Positions 24,901-38,710 of a DNA stretch of 64,000 nt are shown piece by piece. Every line of letters begins with the position of its first letter. The first letter of the stretch is position 1. The notes beneath the pieces are model-generated. The model saw only the letters and a program-made list of their open reading frames with translations. It did not search any database and was not told where the DNA came from. The stretch comes from Octopus bimaculoides (lineage: Eukaryota), in the NCBI RefSeq assembly GCF_001194135.2, contig NC_068984.1, positions 57,352,642 to 57,416,641 of the forward strand, written 5' to 3'. The position numbers were made by a program, and so were the translations under genes.

Positions 24901-25753
24901 TACATAGTCTGTTTGTGAGAACTATTCTATTGGACCTCTGTCTAATCATTAAAACATTGATTTAATTATGAACATAGAAAGAAATTATACATTAATCCCC
25001 TATTTTTGTAACCAGTTGCATCCGTAAAATTTTATTTGCAGAGAGCAGAAATTGAAAGAAGATATATGAAACGGACGTGTGTGTGCTTGTGTGCTTGCGC
25101 ATGTGTATGTGAGAGAGAAAGAGGGTGAGAAAGAGAGATAGATCCTCTACATGGTAACTAGACCTGGTAGAAATAGCAGCCAAATCTCCCTCAAAACACC
25201 CTACTGTCTTCATCCGACAATTCTGCCTATTATGTTGTTTGAATGAGAAACTGTAACTAAAGATTAAGATTATTAACCCCACAAAGAGGTGAAAGAAGAG
25301 AGACAGCATAGCGAAAGTTTTGGCTGACTGTCATCCTGTACACCCCTTGTTGCTAGTGAAATTGTATATGCCAGTTGTGTGAGCAACTGGTTGTTTTAAT
25401 GGCAGAACAAAGAGGGGAATTCCATTAGAAAAGTTTTAATCGATTTTATCGGTAACTATGGGGGCTAGGAAAAAAATACAAACCGCATTCCAATCTATGC
25501 ACCCGTCTCCACATGTGCCATTTTTCACACAAATCCACCCAGCCATTTGGCTGTGAACCTCAAGACAAGAAAGAATACAACAATTGCCCATGTCCAATTT
25601 ATATTATAGAATTGCGGAAATTGTATCCAATAAATTTTCATTACATGCTTGACATTCAAGGCATGGGGCATTCTATTTTCTATGGTGTCATTCCAAAATT
25701 TTGGAAGATCTTTAGATCTGCTCTAGTTATATCACTACTCAAAGTTTTATTGG

Positions 25754-25940
25754 CCCTTTAGTATTTAAACTGGCTATATCCATCCCATATATTCTATCTG
25801 TTTAACATTTAAACTGACAAGATCCAGCACCTGTCCAGCAATGTCATTCTAAAATCATTAAAATCTGAAAGGTATGAGTTATTGCAAGATTAATTCAGAA
25901 CAATAAGAATAAATGGGTCTTATATCTGAATGCTAAAGGG
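25754..25940 (-). mobile_element. Degenerate piggyBac-type MITE, related to 62124-62343
   Basis: Termini ccctttagtatt / aatgctaaaggg and internal similarity to the reverse complement of 62124-62343. TTAA flanks are mutated. Confidence 0.6.
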
Positions 25941-26039
25941 CTAACCACACCACTATCCCTGTTACAATATTCTATGATGTTAATTATGCTTATGATTTAA
26001 AATTGTATGATTCAACAAAGTAAAAAGAAGAAAAAATAC

Positions 26040-26260
26040 TAATTAAAGCATTCACTATTATTGTTGTGTGGACACCCACAGACGATAAGTAGGCTAGTCC
26101 AATACGTATAAATAGTGGACATGATAGCTAGATGGGAAGTGTCACATAGAATGAGCCAGAGCCGTTGGTAGACTAGATGTCGAGTCCTCGGAAGTGAGAG
26201 TTCGGTAGTTGAGTAGAGGTATGTTATTGGCGAAGGCACACCATCCGAATGTGTGATATA
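26040..26260 (-). mobile_element. Old CR1-like LINE ORF2 C-terminal fragment
   Basis: Frameshifted translation resembling LNY.EL.LPGLDI.VYQRL (compare the CR1 pattern LSYEERL..LGL.TL..RRL); heavily degenerate. Confidence 0.4.
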
Positions 26261-27275
26261 ACAATTATCATATACAATATTAACAGCTGTAGTAAACTCT
26301 AAACATTAATAGTTCATGTTTGTTGTCTGAGTACATGCTCACATAGTCTATAATCAAAGATGTTTTAAATGGACACATGTTCAGACCATAAATCTCCTTG
26401 AGAGTTTAACTGTTTTAATAAGGACCACCCAGTTTATAATCTTACCAGTCAGTATCAGTTATGAAGTATATTAAATATAAATATTGTATCTCTTGGTGTT
26501 GTCATGTTAAAGAAAGGAGCATCTAAAGTAAATGAAAAGAGAAGCTTAAAATGGTGTGAAGTAGTGTGTGTGTTTGTGTGAGTGTAGTTGACAAATACAT
26601 GACAGACTAGCGAGCCAGTTTAGCCTCTGTCTAGTACTAGACAAACATTTCTCTGGAGTATATCTTACACTAACAATTGAAATCTCTTTCATAACAGTGG
26701 GAGGACAGGTTGTCACTAAATGAATCCCTATCTGTTCAGACAATCAGAAAACTGGATGGACTAGTTGACATCTCTCATTTGCAGTGCCTTTATATTTTGA
26801 TGAAAAATAATGGTCCCTATATCCCTTAACTATATTTAAATTAAGATTTAGTGAGTGAGAATTAATAGATGATGGTACTGCCATGAATGTGGAGCAAGTG
26901 GACTCAAACCTCCAGTATTCAGTGATATAAGAGTGCTAGTTAGACAAAACAATTATGCTTATAGAAAACTGAAAGGACACACACACGTATATACATATAT
27001 ATGATGGGCTTCTTTCACTTTCCGTCTACCATATCCACTTGCAAGGCTTTGGTCAGCTTGAGGCTATTGTAGAAGACACTTATCCAAGGTACCACACAGT
27101 GGATCTGAACCAGGAATCATATGGTTGAGAAGCATGCTTCTTACCACACAGTCACACCTGTGCCATTATTCTTTATTTGGATAAATGTATCTGCAAACTT
27201 GGCTCTCTTTATTTACTTTTGGTATTACCCATTTCCATTCTTCGATTGGCTATTAGATATTTTGTTCTATATTGT

Positions 27276-27927
27276 GCTGGTATGGACATGTGGGCGCTGG
27301 TATGGACATGTGGTGAGAATGGATGAGGATAGCTGCGTGAAAAAGTGCCACACCCTAACAGTTGAGGGAACCCGTGGAAGAGGTAGGCCCAGGAAGACCT
27401 GGGCTGAGGTGGTGAGGCAAGACCTTCGTACATTGGGCCTCACCGAGGCGATGACTACTGACTGAGACCTTTGGAAATGTGCTGTGCATGAGAAGACCCA
27501 GCAAGCCAAGTAAGATCGTTGCCAGTGCCCCTGGACTGGCTCTTGTGCGGGTGGCACATGAGATGCACCATTTTGAGCGTGGCCGTTGCCAGTACCGCCT
27601 GACTGGCTCCCGTAGGATTTTCAAGTGAGATCGTTGTCAGTGCTCCTGGACTGGCTTGTGCGGGNNNNNNNNNNNNNNNNNNNNNNNNNNNNGGCACATA
27701 AAAGACACCATCTCAAGCGTGGCCGTTTTCGTGCGGGTAACACGTAAAAGCACCCACTACACTCTCTGAGTGGTTGGCGTTAGGAAGGGCATCCAGCTGT
27801 AGAAACTCTGCCAAATTAGATTGGAGCCTGGTGTTGCCATCCGGTTTCACCAGTCCTCAGTCAAATCGTCCAACCCATGCTAGCATGGAAAGCGGACGTT
27901 AAACGATGATGATGATGATGATGATGA
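27276..27927 (+). mobile_element. 5'-truncated RTE-clade LINE: ORF C-terminus, 3'UTR with tandem subrepeats and (GAT)n tail
   Basis: WYGHVVRMDEDSCVKKCHTLTVEGTRGRGRPRKTWAEVVRQDLRTLGLTEAMT is a typical RTE C-terminus. The 3'UTR ends ...ggacgttaaacgatgatgat. Confidence 0.9.
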
Positions 27928-28393
27928 TTTCTCAGCAACTTATATTTGATTTTATTTATTATAATCATAATCTGCTACCAGCTCCTCACCTTCTTCTCAA
28001 CACAGCACAGAACCTTTGTTTTACAAAGAACACCTGAAGATCTCTACTATCTAACTATACTCATAATTCTTATTCTCAGAACTTAATCTCTCCTTTGGAC
28101 TGTTTAGAATACATCAAATGATGTTAGACAAACTTATTTCAGAGCTATTAAGCAGGTACTTTTCTCTCCCTCTCCTCATCCTTAGTTGTCACTATTTTCC
28201 TCTCCAACTAGACATTCAGAGTTTTCATGCTAAAAATATTACCTACTCAGTTTTGATCTTTCTCATAAATATTATCACTGAAAATGGACTGTAAAGTACA
28301 CACTTTGTAACTGGATAACTCAACACATGTCATATGATAAGGGTTGGAATAGTGCCTCAATTTTTTTGTTTTCATGTTCACTTTTTTTATCAT

Positions 28394-28424
<31 letters not shown>

Positions 28425-30193
28425 AAGAGAAAAATTTAATAGTTTGTTGCTAAAATAATAAGCAGTAAACTTTATGTAAACACTATCTTTCAAGAAAGAA
28501 ATTTAACTGAATCTTCCACATAGAGAACATTCAACGTAATTTTTGTCTTCAGACTGCATTCACATATGTATTTTGAAATGCACACACATAAAAGTACACA
28601 CATGCACACACTTTCATACAGGCACACACACACACACACACACATACACACTGAGATGCTCATATACCTGTATACATGTGTAAACAAAGGACAAGACCAA
28701 AGCATCCATGTACATATTTCTACGAAAATAATCCTATTTCATCACGCTTAAATTTTCTACAAGACTTTGAGCTTCTCTTGCCCAGCACTTTAAATGTAAT
28801 TCAAAACATTTTCCAGGAAGTTGTTGCCGATACGATTGTCATTATCTATAGTAATTTTTGTTAGGAGTGGCAGTAAGTGCCATCATCACTGCTATTGTCA
28901 TTATGGTGATGACATTAATGGTGGTAGTAGTAGTAGTAGTAGTAGTTGTTGTTGTAGGGTTGCCAAGAAAAGAAAGAAACAAGCAGCATCTTTGGAAACT
29001 TTTACATTATAAGAATTACTCATTCACTCCATATTACTCTCTCTCTCTCACCACCCTCTCCCTTTGTCTCTAACTCTTTCATATTACTTGTGATTCTCTA
29101 ATAATAGATAATTATGTCGGTCTTGTGATCTTCTTTCTCTTTATCTGACAGCTGATCTATAATCTAGTGCCATGGAAATAGGTTGAATTGCTAAATCATA
29201 ATGTCAACTTGTACTAAAATGTGTGCGGGTGCATGCACATCTGTGAGATATAAATATATATCACAGATGTGTGTGTAGATATATATGTATGTATATCTTT
29301 GTGTACAGGAGGGGTGCATATCTATAGTGTGTGTGGATATATGTCATCTTTTTTCATCCTCCGCTGGTGTGGTTGTACAAGCATGAACATATAAACAGAC
29401 AGCTGTGAACTTACGAGAATCACACCGTCCATGTTCATACATAAATTTCACACACATTTGCAACATATGTACATACATATATGTATGTGTACATACATAT
29501 ATATGTGTACATACATATATGTGTACATACATTTATGTACACATATTGTAAATGACAGGATGTGTGTGTTAGGGTAGGGCAAGTAATTCTACAAACATGT
29601 TAGTTCTTCTAACTGCTGTCTGCCACAAAAAATAGTGAATCAGAGAATGTTGTTTGTCATCAACTAGCTTCCTGTCCACGAGGTGAGGTTTTACATACTC
29701 CTTTACTGTCATTCAGAAAGGTGCGAAAAGCTAAATTTCTATCTCATACTCATTGAAATCTGTAAGACTGACCAGCCGATAATGGATACCTCGTATTATA
29801 AAATGTACACTAGCAGGTGGAATAAATATTGACCCTTAAAGTTGTGTGTATGTGTTAAAGTTCTTAAACTACACTTTTTAAAAAGCATTTGCTGTGAAAC
29901 GTTTACAATACATCTTATTCTCTTTGCACATAGGAAAATAAAGGAAATTGTCCTGATATGCTTCATGGTACATTAACCATTCTTCACAGGATGCCCAAAC
30001 ACATTTGCACATGTGCACTCTCTCTCTCTCTCTCTCCCTCTCCCTCTCCCTCTCTCTCTCTCTCACACAAAGTGTCCGAGGAAGTCTGTAATAATAAAAA
30101 ATTTATTCAGAAGTAGTAAAGGCTTAGAGTATTCACATATAGATATAAAAAGTCTCTGGGATAGATTCTCCAGTGTTAGGCAGCACAAAAAAA

Positions 30194-30610
30194 NNNNNNN
30201 NNNNNNNNNNNNNNNNNNNNNNNNNNNNNNNNNNNNNNNNNNNNNNNNNNNNNNNNNNNNNNNNNNNNNNNNNNNNNNNNNNNNNNNNNNNNNNNNNNNN
30301 NNNNNNNNNNNNNNNNNNNNNNNNNNNNNNNNNNNNNNNNNNNNNNNNNNNNNNNNNNNNNNNNNNNNNNNNNNNNNNNNNNNNNNNNNNNNNNNNNNNN
30401 NNNNNNNNNNNNNNNNNNNNNNNNNNNNNNNNNNNNNNNNNNNNNNNNNNNNNNNNNNNNNNNNNNNNNNNNNNNNNNNNNNNNNNNNNNNNNNNNNNNN
30501 NNNNNNNNNNNNNNNNNNNNNNNNNNNNNNNNNNNNNNNNNNNNNNNNNNNNNNNNNNNNNNNNNNNNNNNNNNNNNNNNNNNNNNNNNNNNNNNNNNNN
30601 NNNNNNNNNN
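30194..30610. other. Assembly gap (largest). Other N-runs: 5689-5948, 18465-18687, 24543-24552, 27665-27692, 36119-36206, 39365-39668, 51701-51770, 55416-55694
   Basis: Runs of N, mostly flanked by dinucleotide microsatellites, typical of short-read scaffolding. Confidence 0.99.
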
Positions 30611-30649
<39 letters not shown>

Positions 30650-32275
30650 TCTCTCTCAATTGTGTCTAATCTGTTACTCTCAACTATTACCTTCTCACAG
30701 CTATGAATCTGTTGCTCTCATCAGCCTAGAATCATTGCACTCCTTTTTATTTCCCTTTCGTTAAAGGGGCCACTTTAAACCATTAGTTTTGCACATTGCA
30801 AGACAACCTTCTTAAGGCCAGTGTCATGGAAAAAGTACTCAGTATACTCTGTAAAGTATCAAAAACAGTATCCAGCCATAGAAACCATGCCAAAGCAGGT
30901 ATTGGAGCACAATATGGTCCTTCAACTTGTTAGACTCTGTTGAACTGTTCAACCCATGCCAGAATGGAAGGTGGACATTAATGGTTATGATGCACATAAC
31001 TTACTATGAAGCAACATCTCCATTACCTCTGACTTATTATTAATTAATTAATTAATTAGTTAATTATTTATTTATTTATTCATATGCACATTTTTTTCTT
31101 CTCTTTATTCTTTTGCTTCAATTATTTGACTGCAGCCATGCTGGAGCACTACCTTGAAGGGTTTTAGTCAAACAAATCAACTCCAAGATTTATTTCTTAA
31201 GCCTAGTACTTATTCTATCAGTCTCTTTTGCCAAACCACTGAGTTTCAGGGACGTAAACACACTGATACTGGTTGTCAAGCAGTGATGAGGGGATGAACA
31301 CAGGCATAAAGGCACACACACAAAGGTACATGTATACATATATGACGAGCTTCTTTCACTTTCCGTCTACTAAATCCACTCATGAGGCTTTGGTCAGCCC
31401 GAGGCTATAGAAGACACTTGCCCAAGGTACCCTATAGTGGGACTGAAACTGGGACCTTGTGCTTGGGAAGCAAGCTTCTTAACACACAGCCAGAAAAATA
31501 AGAGTTTGTTTTGATGTGTTTCATGGTTTGTTGACTGCCTCACACACACACACACACACACATCTTCTACCATGATAATTTATATATAACATTCATACAC
31601 ATACACATTATACATGTATGTTTATCTTTTCCTCCTAGCATGATAATTAAAAAATATTCCTTTCCCCACCTCATTCTTATTCAGACTCCTCTGACAATCA
31701 CTCCTAAGTTTTGTTTACATTTTCTGTCAGCAAAAGAAATTTTAGAATAATTATTAAGTATATGTGTTTTAGGTAGTTATCATGACAATGGAGAAGTAGA
31801 ATAATTGGATATTGAAGAAAATAAATTACAGTATTTAATTACAACCATTTACATTTTAAGTTCAAACCCTAAGATCAATTTTGTCTTTCATCTTTCCAAG
31901 GTCAATAAAATAAGTACCAGTCAAATACTGGGATCGGTGTAGTTTTTTTATTCTTCCCCTGCTTCAATTTATGGGGCTGATCACTTGTTGAGAGATAACT
32001 TTGAACACCAAAAGGTCAAACAAATCTATTTATCTCTACTAATGCATGGAATAGATAAAAAAAACAATAATAGTAGATGATTATCATCAACTTCACAATA
32101 TAGTTGTTTCTAGAATATATTTTGCATTTACTATTTTTGTTGTTGTTTAGCTCCAGGTCAACCTTGATTGGGCAGACTTAGATCAGTCATTCCCATATGA
32201 CGACGCCATTTTTTTTGTATATCTCTGTCTATTTCGTTCAAAGTATCCCTCTCTTTTTTTTTTCTTTCACTCCAG

Positions 32276-32296
32276 TGTCTAATATTTGTTTCATAG
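32276..32296 (+). CDS. Candidate 21-nt microexon; phase 1/1 reads (V)SNICFI(G/D..)
   Basis: Strong tract ccctctctttttttttttctttcactcCAG and donor TAG|GTTAGT. Length 21 and open in phase 1 (phase 0 would stop). Confidence 0.4.
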   Translation, partial: CLIFVS

Positions 32297-33519
32297 GTTA
32301 GTATTTAAGTTATTAAAATCAGGATCCTAAATTTGAGGGTTTGATTTTGGGACCAAGTAACCTATTGTATCTTTGGTCAAGGCACTTCATTTCACATGAC
32401 TCCAATCCACTCAGATAAAAGTGAATCATGTCTACTTTTGAGTGGCAGTTTGCAGGCCAATACACCAAAATCTCACAAATTTCAAGATGTTCAAGACCCT
32501 TAATGACTGTATCAGACTAGATCGTGACAGTGTGATATGAGTAGGACTGAGGGATCACACTGAGGCATCATTCACAGCAGTATAATATTAATAGTGTTCT
32601 AATGAATCAATAGATTTAAATCAAGCTTTTAGATTAAAGGGTTTTTTTTTTAAAGTATAACTTTTTTTACCTATATTTTCTTCTTTCTTTCTCTGATATT
32701 TTCTCTCTCACTGAATTGCATTCATAATTTTAACCATATTTATTCATATTATTTTTATCATTTTTTATTAAAGTCTTTGAGTAGGCTTCCAAATATAGAA
32801 AGAGGTGAAGTAGTTCTCACTTTTTTTTGTGTGTTACATATAGATAGATAGAGAGATAGATAGATAGATAGATAAGACAGTATTCTTAGAACTATTATAG
32901 TATATATGATAATGTGTATGGGGCGGGTAGAACATCTGTGTATGTGTGTTCCTCCTGAAACATATGTAGGAAAGAACTAGTTACTGTCGATTCATATTGT
33001 CCATTCAGTTTAACATTGATGTCCCCTCAACTGTTTCAGTCTTCTTTTGACATTCTTCATCACCAATAGCAATTCCAAAAAAAGCCAGTCTTTATTACTT
33101 AAATGTCAAATGTTAATCTGTCATTTTCAGTGGTTTTTAACAAAATGAAGTCACTAAGGTCATGTTCTTTCTCTTTGGTTTATAAACATACAAAGCTTTT
33201 CTTTACATTCTGTTATATTGGTTAAAGAAAATTTATCTATGGTTTGATATATCAAATACTTTTCTCTGCTTTGCATTACATATTCTCTGATTTCTTCCCA
33301 CCCCTCATCCTTTAAACTAATGTATCTTTCACTATGTTGTCATAACTGTCATTATAACTATGTTATAGCTGCAACCAGTACATATACCTGTTGTAGTTAG
33401 TGATATTTGTGTTAGAATAAATATTTGCACCCACCAGCCAACCAACCAACAAGTAACTATAACAATTTGATGTTTTTTTTACAAACAAAGAATCTTTGTC
33501 TTACAAGTTACTTGGTGAC

Positions 33520-33815
33520 CTCCACTAGCGCTGGTGCTACATAAAAAGCATCCAGTCAATACTGTAAAGTTGTTGGCATTTGGAAGGGCATCCAGCTATA
33601 AAAAGCATGCTGAAACAGACCTTGCCAATGCTGGTGCCACGTAAAAAGTACTCAGTCCAATCTGTTAGGTAGTTGACATTAGGATGGGTATCTGGTCATA
33701 AAAACCATGCCAAAACAGACACTGAAACTTGGTACAGTTTTCTGCCTAGCCAGCTGTTGTCAAACTGTTCAACCCATGCTAGCATGGAAAACAGATGTTG
33801 AATGATGATGATTAT
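33520..33815 (+). repeat. Older RTE-tail-related repeat. Similar copies: about 8105-8320(-), 15700-15905(-), 30815-30995(+), 63195-63315(-)
   Basis: gaagggcatccagct...aacccatgctagcatggaaaacagatgtt.aatgatgatgat motif, diverged from the young RTE tail. Confidence 0.7.
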
Positions 33816-36079
33816 TATTATTATTATTATTATTGTTGTTGGTGGGGTTGTTGCTGCTGCTGCTGTTTAGTACCAGGCCAGCTCTGATCAGCATTCCCAC
33901 AAAATCAATTTTTCTAAGTGAGAACCATTCAAAGATTTCTTATAGCTAATTATTGGTTTCTTGATATGAACAATACAAGGCAGTCTTGTTCTTGTTGAGT
34001 GTGTTGTAATTTATAATGTCTACATCAGTATAGTGCTGTTAACTATTTTATCGCCCTCATAAGGATAAACAATAAAGTTGATCCAGCGGTGTTTGAACTT
34101 GAGACGTAGAGGTTAATTATGCCTTCACATAACAAAATGTTCATGAAGTATTACACCTGAATGAGAAAGTAAATGGTTTTAGTCTGCTGGGTGGGCTTAA
34201 TGGAAACTCTGATGCAGTTGCTGATCCTGTACTTACATTAACAAATTTACAGTGAAACTCTAGCATGTTTAATTCAAGAACATGGGTTAAAATGTAGAGG
34301 CTCAAAAACTAAATGATTTTATTTAGTCCATTGATCTAGGATTTCTACCAGCTCTGACATGTGGACCAATGATCGAAGAGGTTTCAGTTGTTGCCATCAC
34401 ATCTTTTTATAACTAGTACTACATTTTCTGATGTGTCCTTCTTTTTCTTTTTTAAAGGTAGATGGGTATGATTGGAGGGAGGGTTTGATTACTATTTCTA
34501 GCAGGTTGAGTAATTGCAAAGTGGATGCCATTTTGTTTAACTAGATTTAAAGTCAGTCTTACAAGCATAGAGATGAGACTCATAATGGATTCTATCATTT
34601 ATGGGCCTGCTTTTCAAAAGTAGGATTTGAACTCAGAACAATTAGATATCAAACTAGTTATTACAAAGTATCCAGTCCACCATTCTTGTGATCTTAAAAT
34701 GTCTCACTGTTTTGAAGACATTATATTATTTTAAAACCTCGATAGATATAAAAATAAGAGGAAGAAAGAGATTGCTCTTGTTCAGTGTAAGCTTGAGCAG
34801 ACATATGAACAAAGGTACTTCAGCCTGAACAACCTTACTATTTTTCTAAACTTACAGTTTCTAAGAAAACATTATCCCATGTATCCTTTCTTTTAAAGTT
34901 GATATGGTGAGATTTAAAGGAAATGTGGTTGATATTACTAGCATGCTGAGCAACTGCATGCAGGCGCTTTTATTGGCTTGAAAAGTAAAAAGATGGATCA
35001 GATTGAGAAACTTGAAGTAGAAGCCAGATGATGGAGAAAAGAGCTGAGTAAATCATTAATTTGAAGCAGATTCTTAAGTGGGAGGAAACACAGAAATTAT
35101 CTTCTATCATCAAGGAATATATTTTATGTAACATTTCCTTAAAAATAGTGACTGCAGATAAAAAGGCTATGGAAATACAACAAACACATTTATTGTTCTG
35201 TAGTTATTTATATGTTTGCCTCACTAAACTATCTGACATTTTCTTCTCTTTATCCTTTCCTCTTTTCTACCAAATATACACACAAACACACATAAATGAA
35301 GCAAAAATAATTCTATACTGGATCAGTATAGATTTTTCTGTATAATTTATCCTACAATAACATCTTTCTAACTGTCAATACAAATATTTATGAAAGAAAA
35401 AAAATATTTTTGTTGTGTTTAAACTATGTCAAAGGATATTTTTATAAGATTTTATTTATAAACAAATGTTTGTGTGTGTAGGTATGTAAGGTAACATATG
35501 TTCAGCTGTGTGTGTAAATAGGCATATATGTATGTATATATTTAGACATTTTTGTATATAATTGCACTCACACACACACACACATTTATATTAGATAATT
35601 TAACAAATGTTCCTGTAAGGGTAGTTTATTTGCAATTTTATGTGACATCGCATAAGAAGATACTGCAATAATGATAGAGTTTGGCCATTGCTTGTCTAGG
35701 ATTTAAATATTAATATGAAGAGCAAATCCTACCAAACTCAACTTCTTACTCTTCATCCTTCCTTTCTGGGTGGACAATTGAAGCATCTGTAAAGTACTGA
35801 AGTTGATTTAATTTGAATGTTCCCCCTGCTAAATGTGTGGCAGGGTCTACAGTAGAAATCCTTATATATAAGAAGAGTGTATTGGTGAAATAAGTAGTGG
35901 ACATATACAGAGATCAATTCACTACATAATATCCTACAATAGTCTTGTATTTATATCCATCCTGCTTTTTTTTTGCCTCTTTGGCAAGCTGATTCATAAC
36001 TCAGTCTCAATTCTATGGTGTTGCATTTTCACATCAATTGACACACCTCTCAAGAAAAGCAGGAGAGCATATCTCTCTT

Positions 36080-36118
<39 letters not shown>

Positions 36119-38329
36119 NNNNNNNNNNNNNNNNNNNNNNNNNNNNNNNNNNNNNNNNNNNNNNNNNNNNNNNNNNNNNNNNNNNNNNNNNNNNNNNNNN
36201 NNNNNNACACACACACACACACACACACACATACACACACAAATTTGAAGCCTTGTGAATCCACCATGTAAGAAGAAAGCAATATGATAAAGATTGTCGA
36301 ATTGTTGAGTCATAGCATGTTACTTGAATTGCTTACTCAGCAAAGATGTGAAGCTATGTACTGAGTTCTTGAGATTTATGGGGTGATATTATACAATACC
36401 AATGAGCTCTGAAGTAGTTTCATATTGAAGTACAACAATATTGTTAATTTATGCAATGCAGCCTGTGAAAACTTTACTTGACAAAAGCTCAGTAATAGCT
36501 TTCTTTTTCTTTGAAAATTTTGAAGTTTCTCACATGAAATGCAGTGTTGTATTTTCAATAGACTTTCCAGTTAATGTGAGTAGGGGAGGGAAATCAATGT
36601 GATCCATTGTGAACAACTGGCAGAAATAATTGCAAAATGTGACAGCATCATTTCATTCTTTAACAATAAGAAACTTAGAATTTTAATAAGATGACACTCT
36701 GGCATTTACAAAGCTTCTGCTGTGAGTGATAGGAAAATGGAATTCTTTTTGTTGTTGTTCTTTTCTCACCAAGTTGATTTAAAAACTTCCATCTCCCCTA
36801 AAGTTGATAAATTTAGTAAGAGTTAGAGGCTATTATTAACCCTACAAATCTTTGACCTTGACATTGCTATTACCACCTTCTCATATTAAGTTATGTCCCT
36901 TTACATTGTGAGTTCAATTTCCATCATGCTTAACATTGCCTATTATTCTTAGAAGGAAAGAGGGTCTTTGATAGCAGACATGAACTTGGGTTACCTGAAA
37001 ATTTCTGGCTTTCTATCGTATTGATAGTAATTTACAGCATTGTCTACAGTGCCTAGTCATCATATTTACTGTCTGTAATGCATGTGTAAATTCTGGGACT
37101 TTGTTTATGTAACTGTCTGCATATTTTTTAATAGTTCCTAGGGTACTAAATAATAATTATTTTTAGGATTCCCTTTTTTCCTGACTGTCACAATCTGGTT
37201 ATCTTTATTACTAGATCTTTATATTTGGATAATTTTCTATTTCTTTGAAAGATACCTCATAAACTGTTTAAAGTTCTACTCAGTAGAGAATAGGAGGCTG
37301 GAGAGAAAGCGAGAGAGAGAAAGAAAGAAAGAAAATCTGCTCTTCTCCAGTAAATTTGTTGATGATAGCAAGCAAAAATAGCTAAGTGAATGGGTCTGCC
37401 CTCTCAGAGAATAATACTTGGGCAATCAAGGTGATTATAGTGGATTTGTTGGGAAGATACTTGTATCAAGAGGACTGTATTACCATTCACTTGTATACTG
37501 TATATACATTTTATCTCATTCATTTTTTTTCTTCATTTGTATTCTGTGTAAGCCCCAACACTTTATGTAACCTGTTTTTGTAATGCCCCATTCGTCCAAC
37601 ACCCTTATAACAAATAAAAAAAATCAGCAGTAGCAGTTGTAGGGACATTGCCATGAAGAGGACAGTAGCAATAATAGTGGTAGGGGATTGGCTACTCTGC
37701 TCTAATTTTTTCAAACATTGGCATAAATCCAGTTTTGTGCTGTGAAAGAGTAAAATACAACACTGGTATTTAAATTCTTTATTGCAGATGGTTGAGAGAC
37801 AAAGTTAATCCTGACAGAATATTAACTCAACCAGAAACTGTGTTATATTAACTTGAACTAATTATAACAAACCTTCTAAATAAGCACTCAACAGCTTACA
37901 CCTACTCCTCTATTCTAATTATAATAGTTTCATACCAACTTGTATAAGACCTTCAGATTATAAGGCAGAAAAAACGTGAGATAGTATGACATTCATGCTT
38001 TTCTCTAGTTCAGGGTTCTATGAGATGCAAGTTAAGTGAAAGGACTAAAATCTAATATCTTGCATTTTTTTAAGGTGATAGGCAGGGCCTTTGAGAGAAA
38101 TTTGGCAAAGCATAATAATACTATCTTCAGGCCCATGTGGAGGAATCTTCTCAAAATTTGTACCTAACTTGAAAAATAAGTACCACATACTGTTAGTCCA
38201 AATTATGAGACATGTCCCATCATAAAGATGAATTAAGATAAAAACACTAATTTAATATTTCCTTTGATTATAGTACATGAAACTAATAAAAGTGATCTCC
38301 TTTCATGTCATGAATCTATTTGTTCAAAC

Positions 38330-38710
38330 AGACAGGTGGGTCTTCTCCAACATCATGTGTCATAGTTTCTTTGTCATTTTCAATGTAACATTCAAGCTTT
38401 TTGAGATTGGTCTTCAGCACTTCACTCCATGTCTTCCCATCACAGATTCCATACACTTCAAGCATTCAGCACTTCTTTATTCAATTAGCATCCTTCATTC
38501 ACATCACATCACCATATCAGTGCAGTCTTCTTTCTTGCATAATAACATCAGATTCTCCTTTTATTTAGCCTTGCTCTCACCTTGTTTGTGATCTGTTGTT
38601 CTTGCTCAGTAACTTTACATCACAAATCCATAAGAACAGGTTGTTCTTACTAGCCATTGAAAATTTTTTGCAATCAAGGCCCACATCACATTACCATACA
38701 GCATACTGCA
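38330..38710 (-). mobile_element. Old RTE LINE 3' ORF fragment
   Basis: Minus strand reads RRLHWYGDVM...IKKC...GKTWSEVLKTNLKKL with stops; homologous in motif to 27276-27480. Confidence 0.65.
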
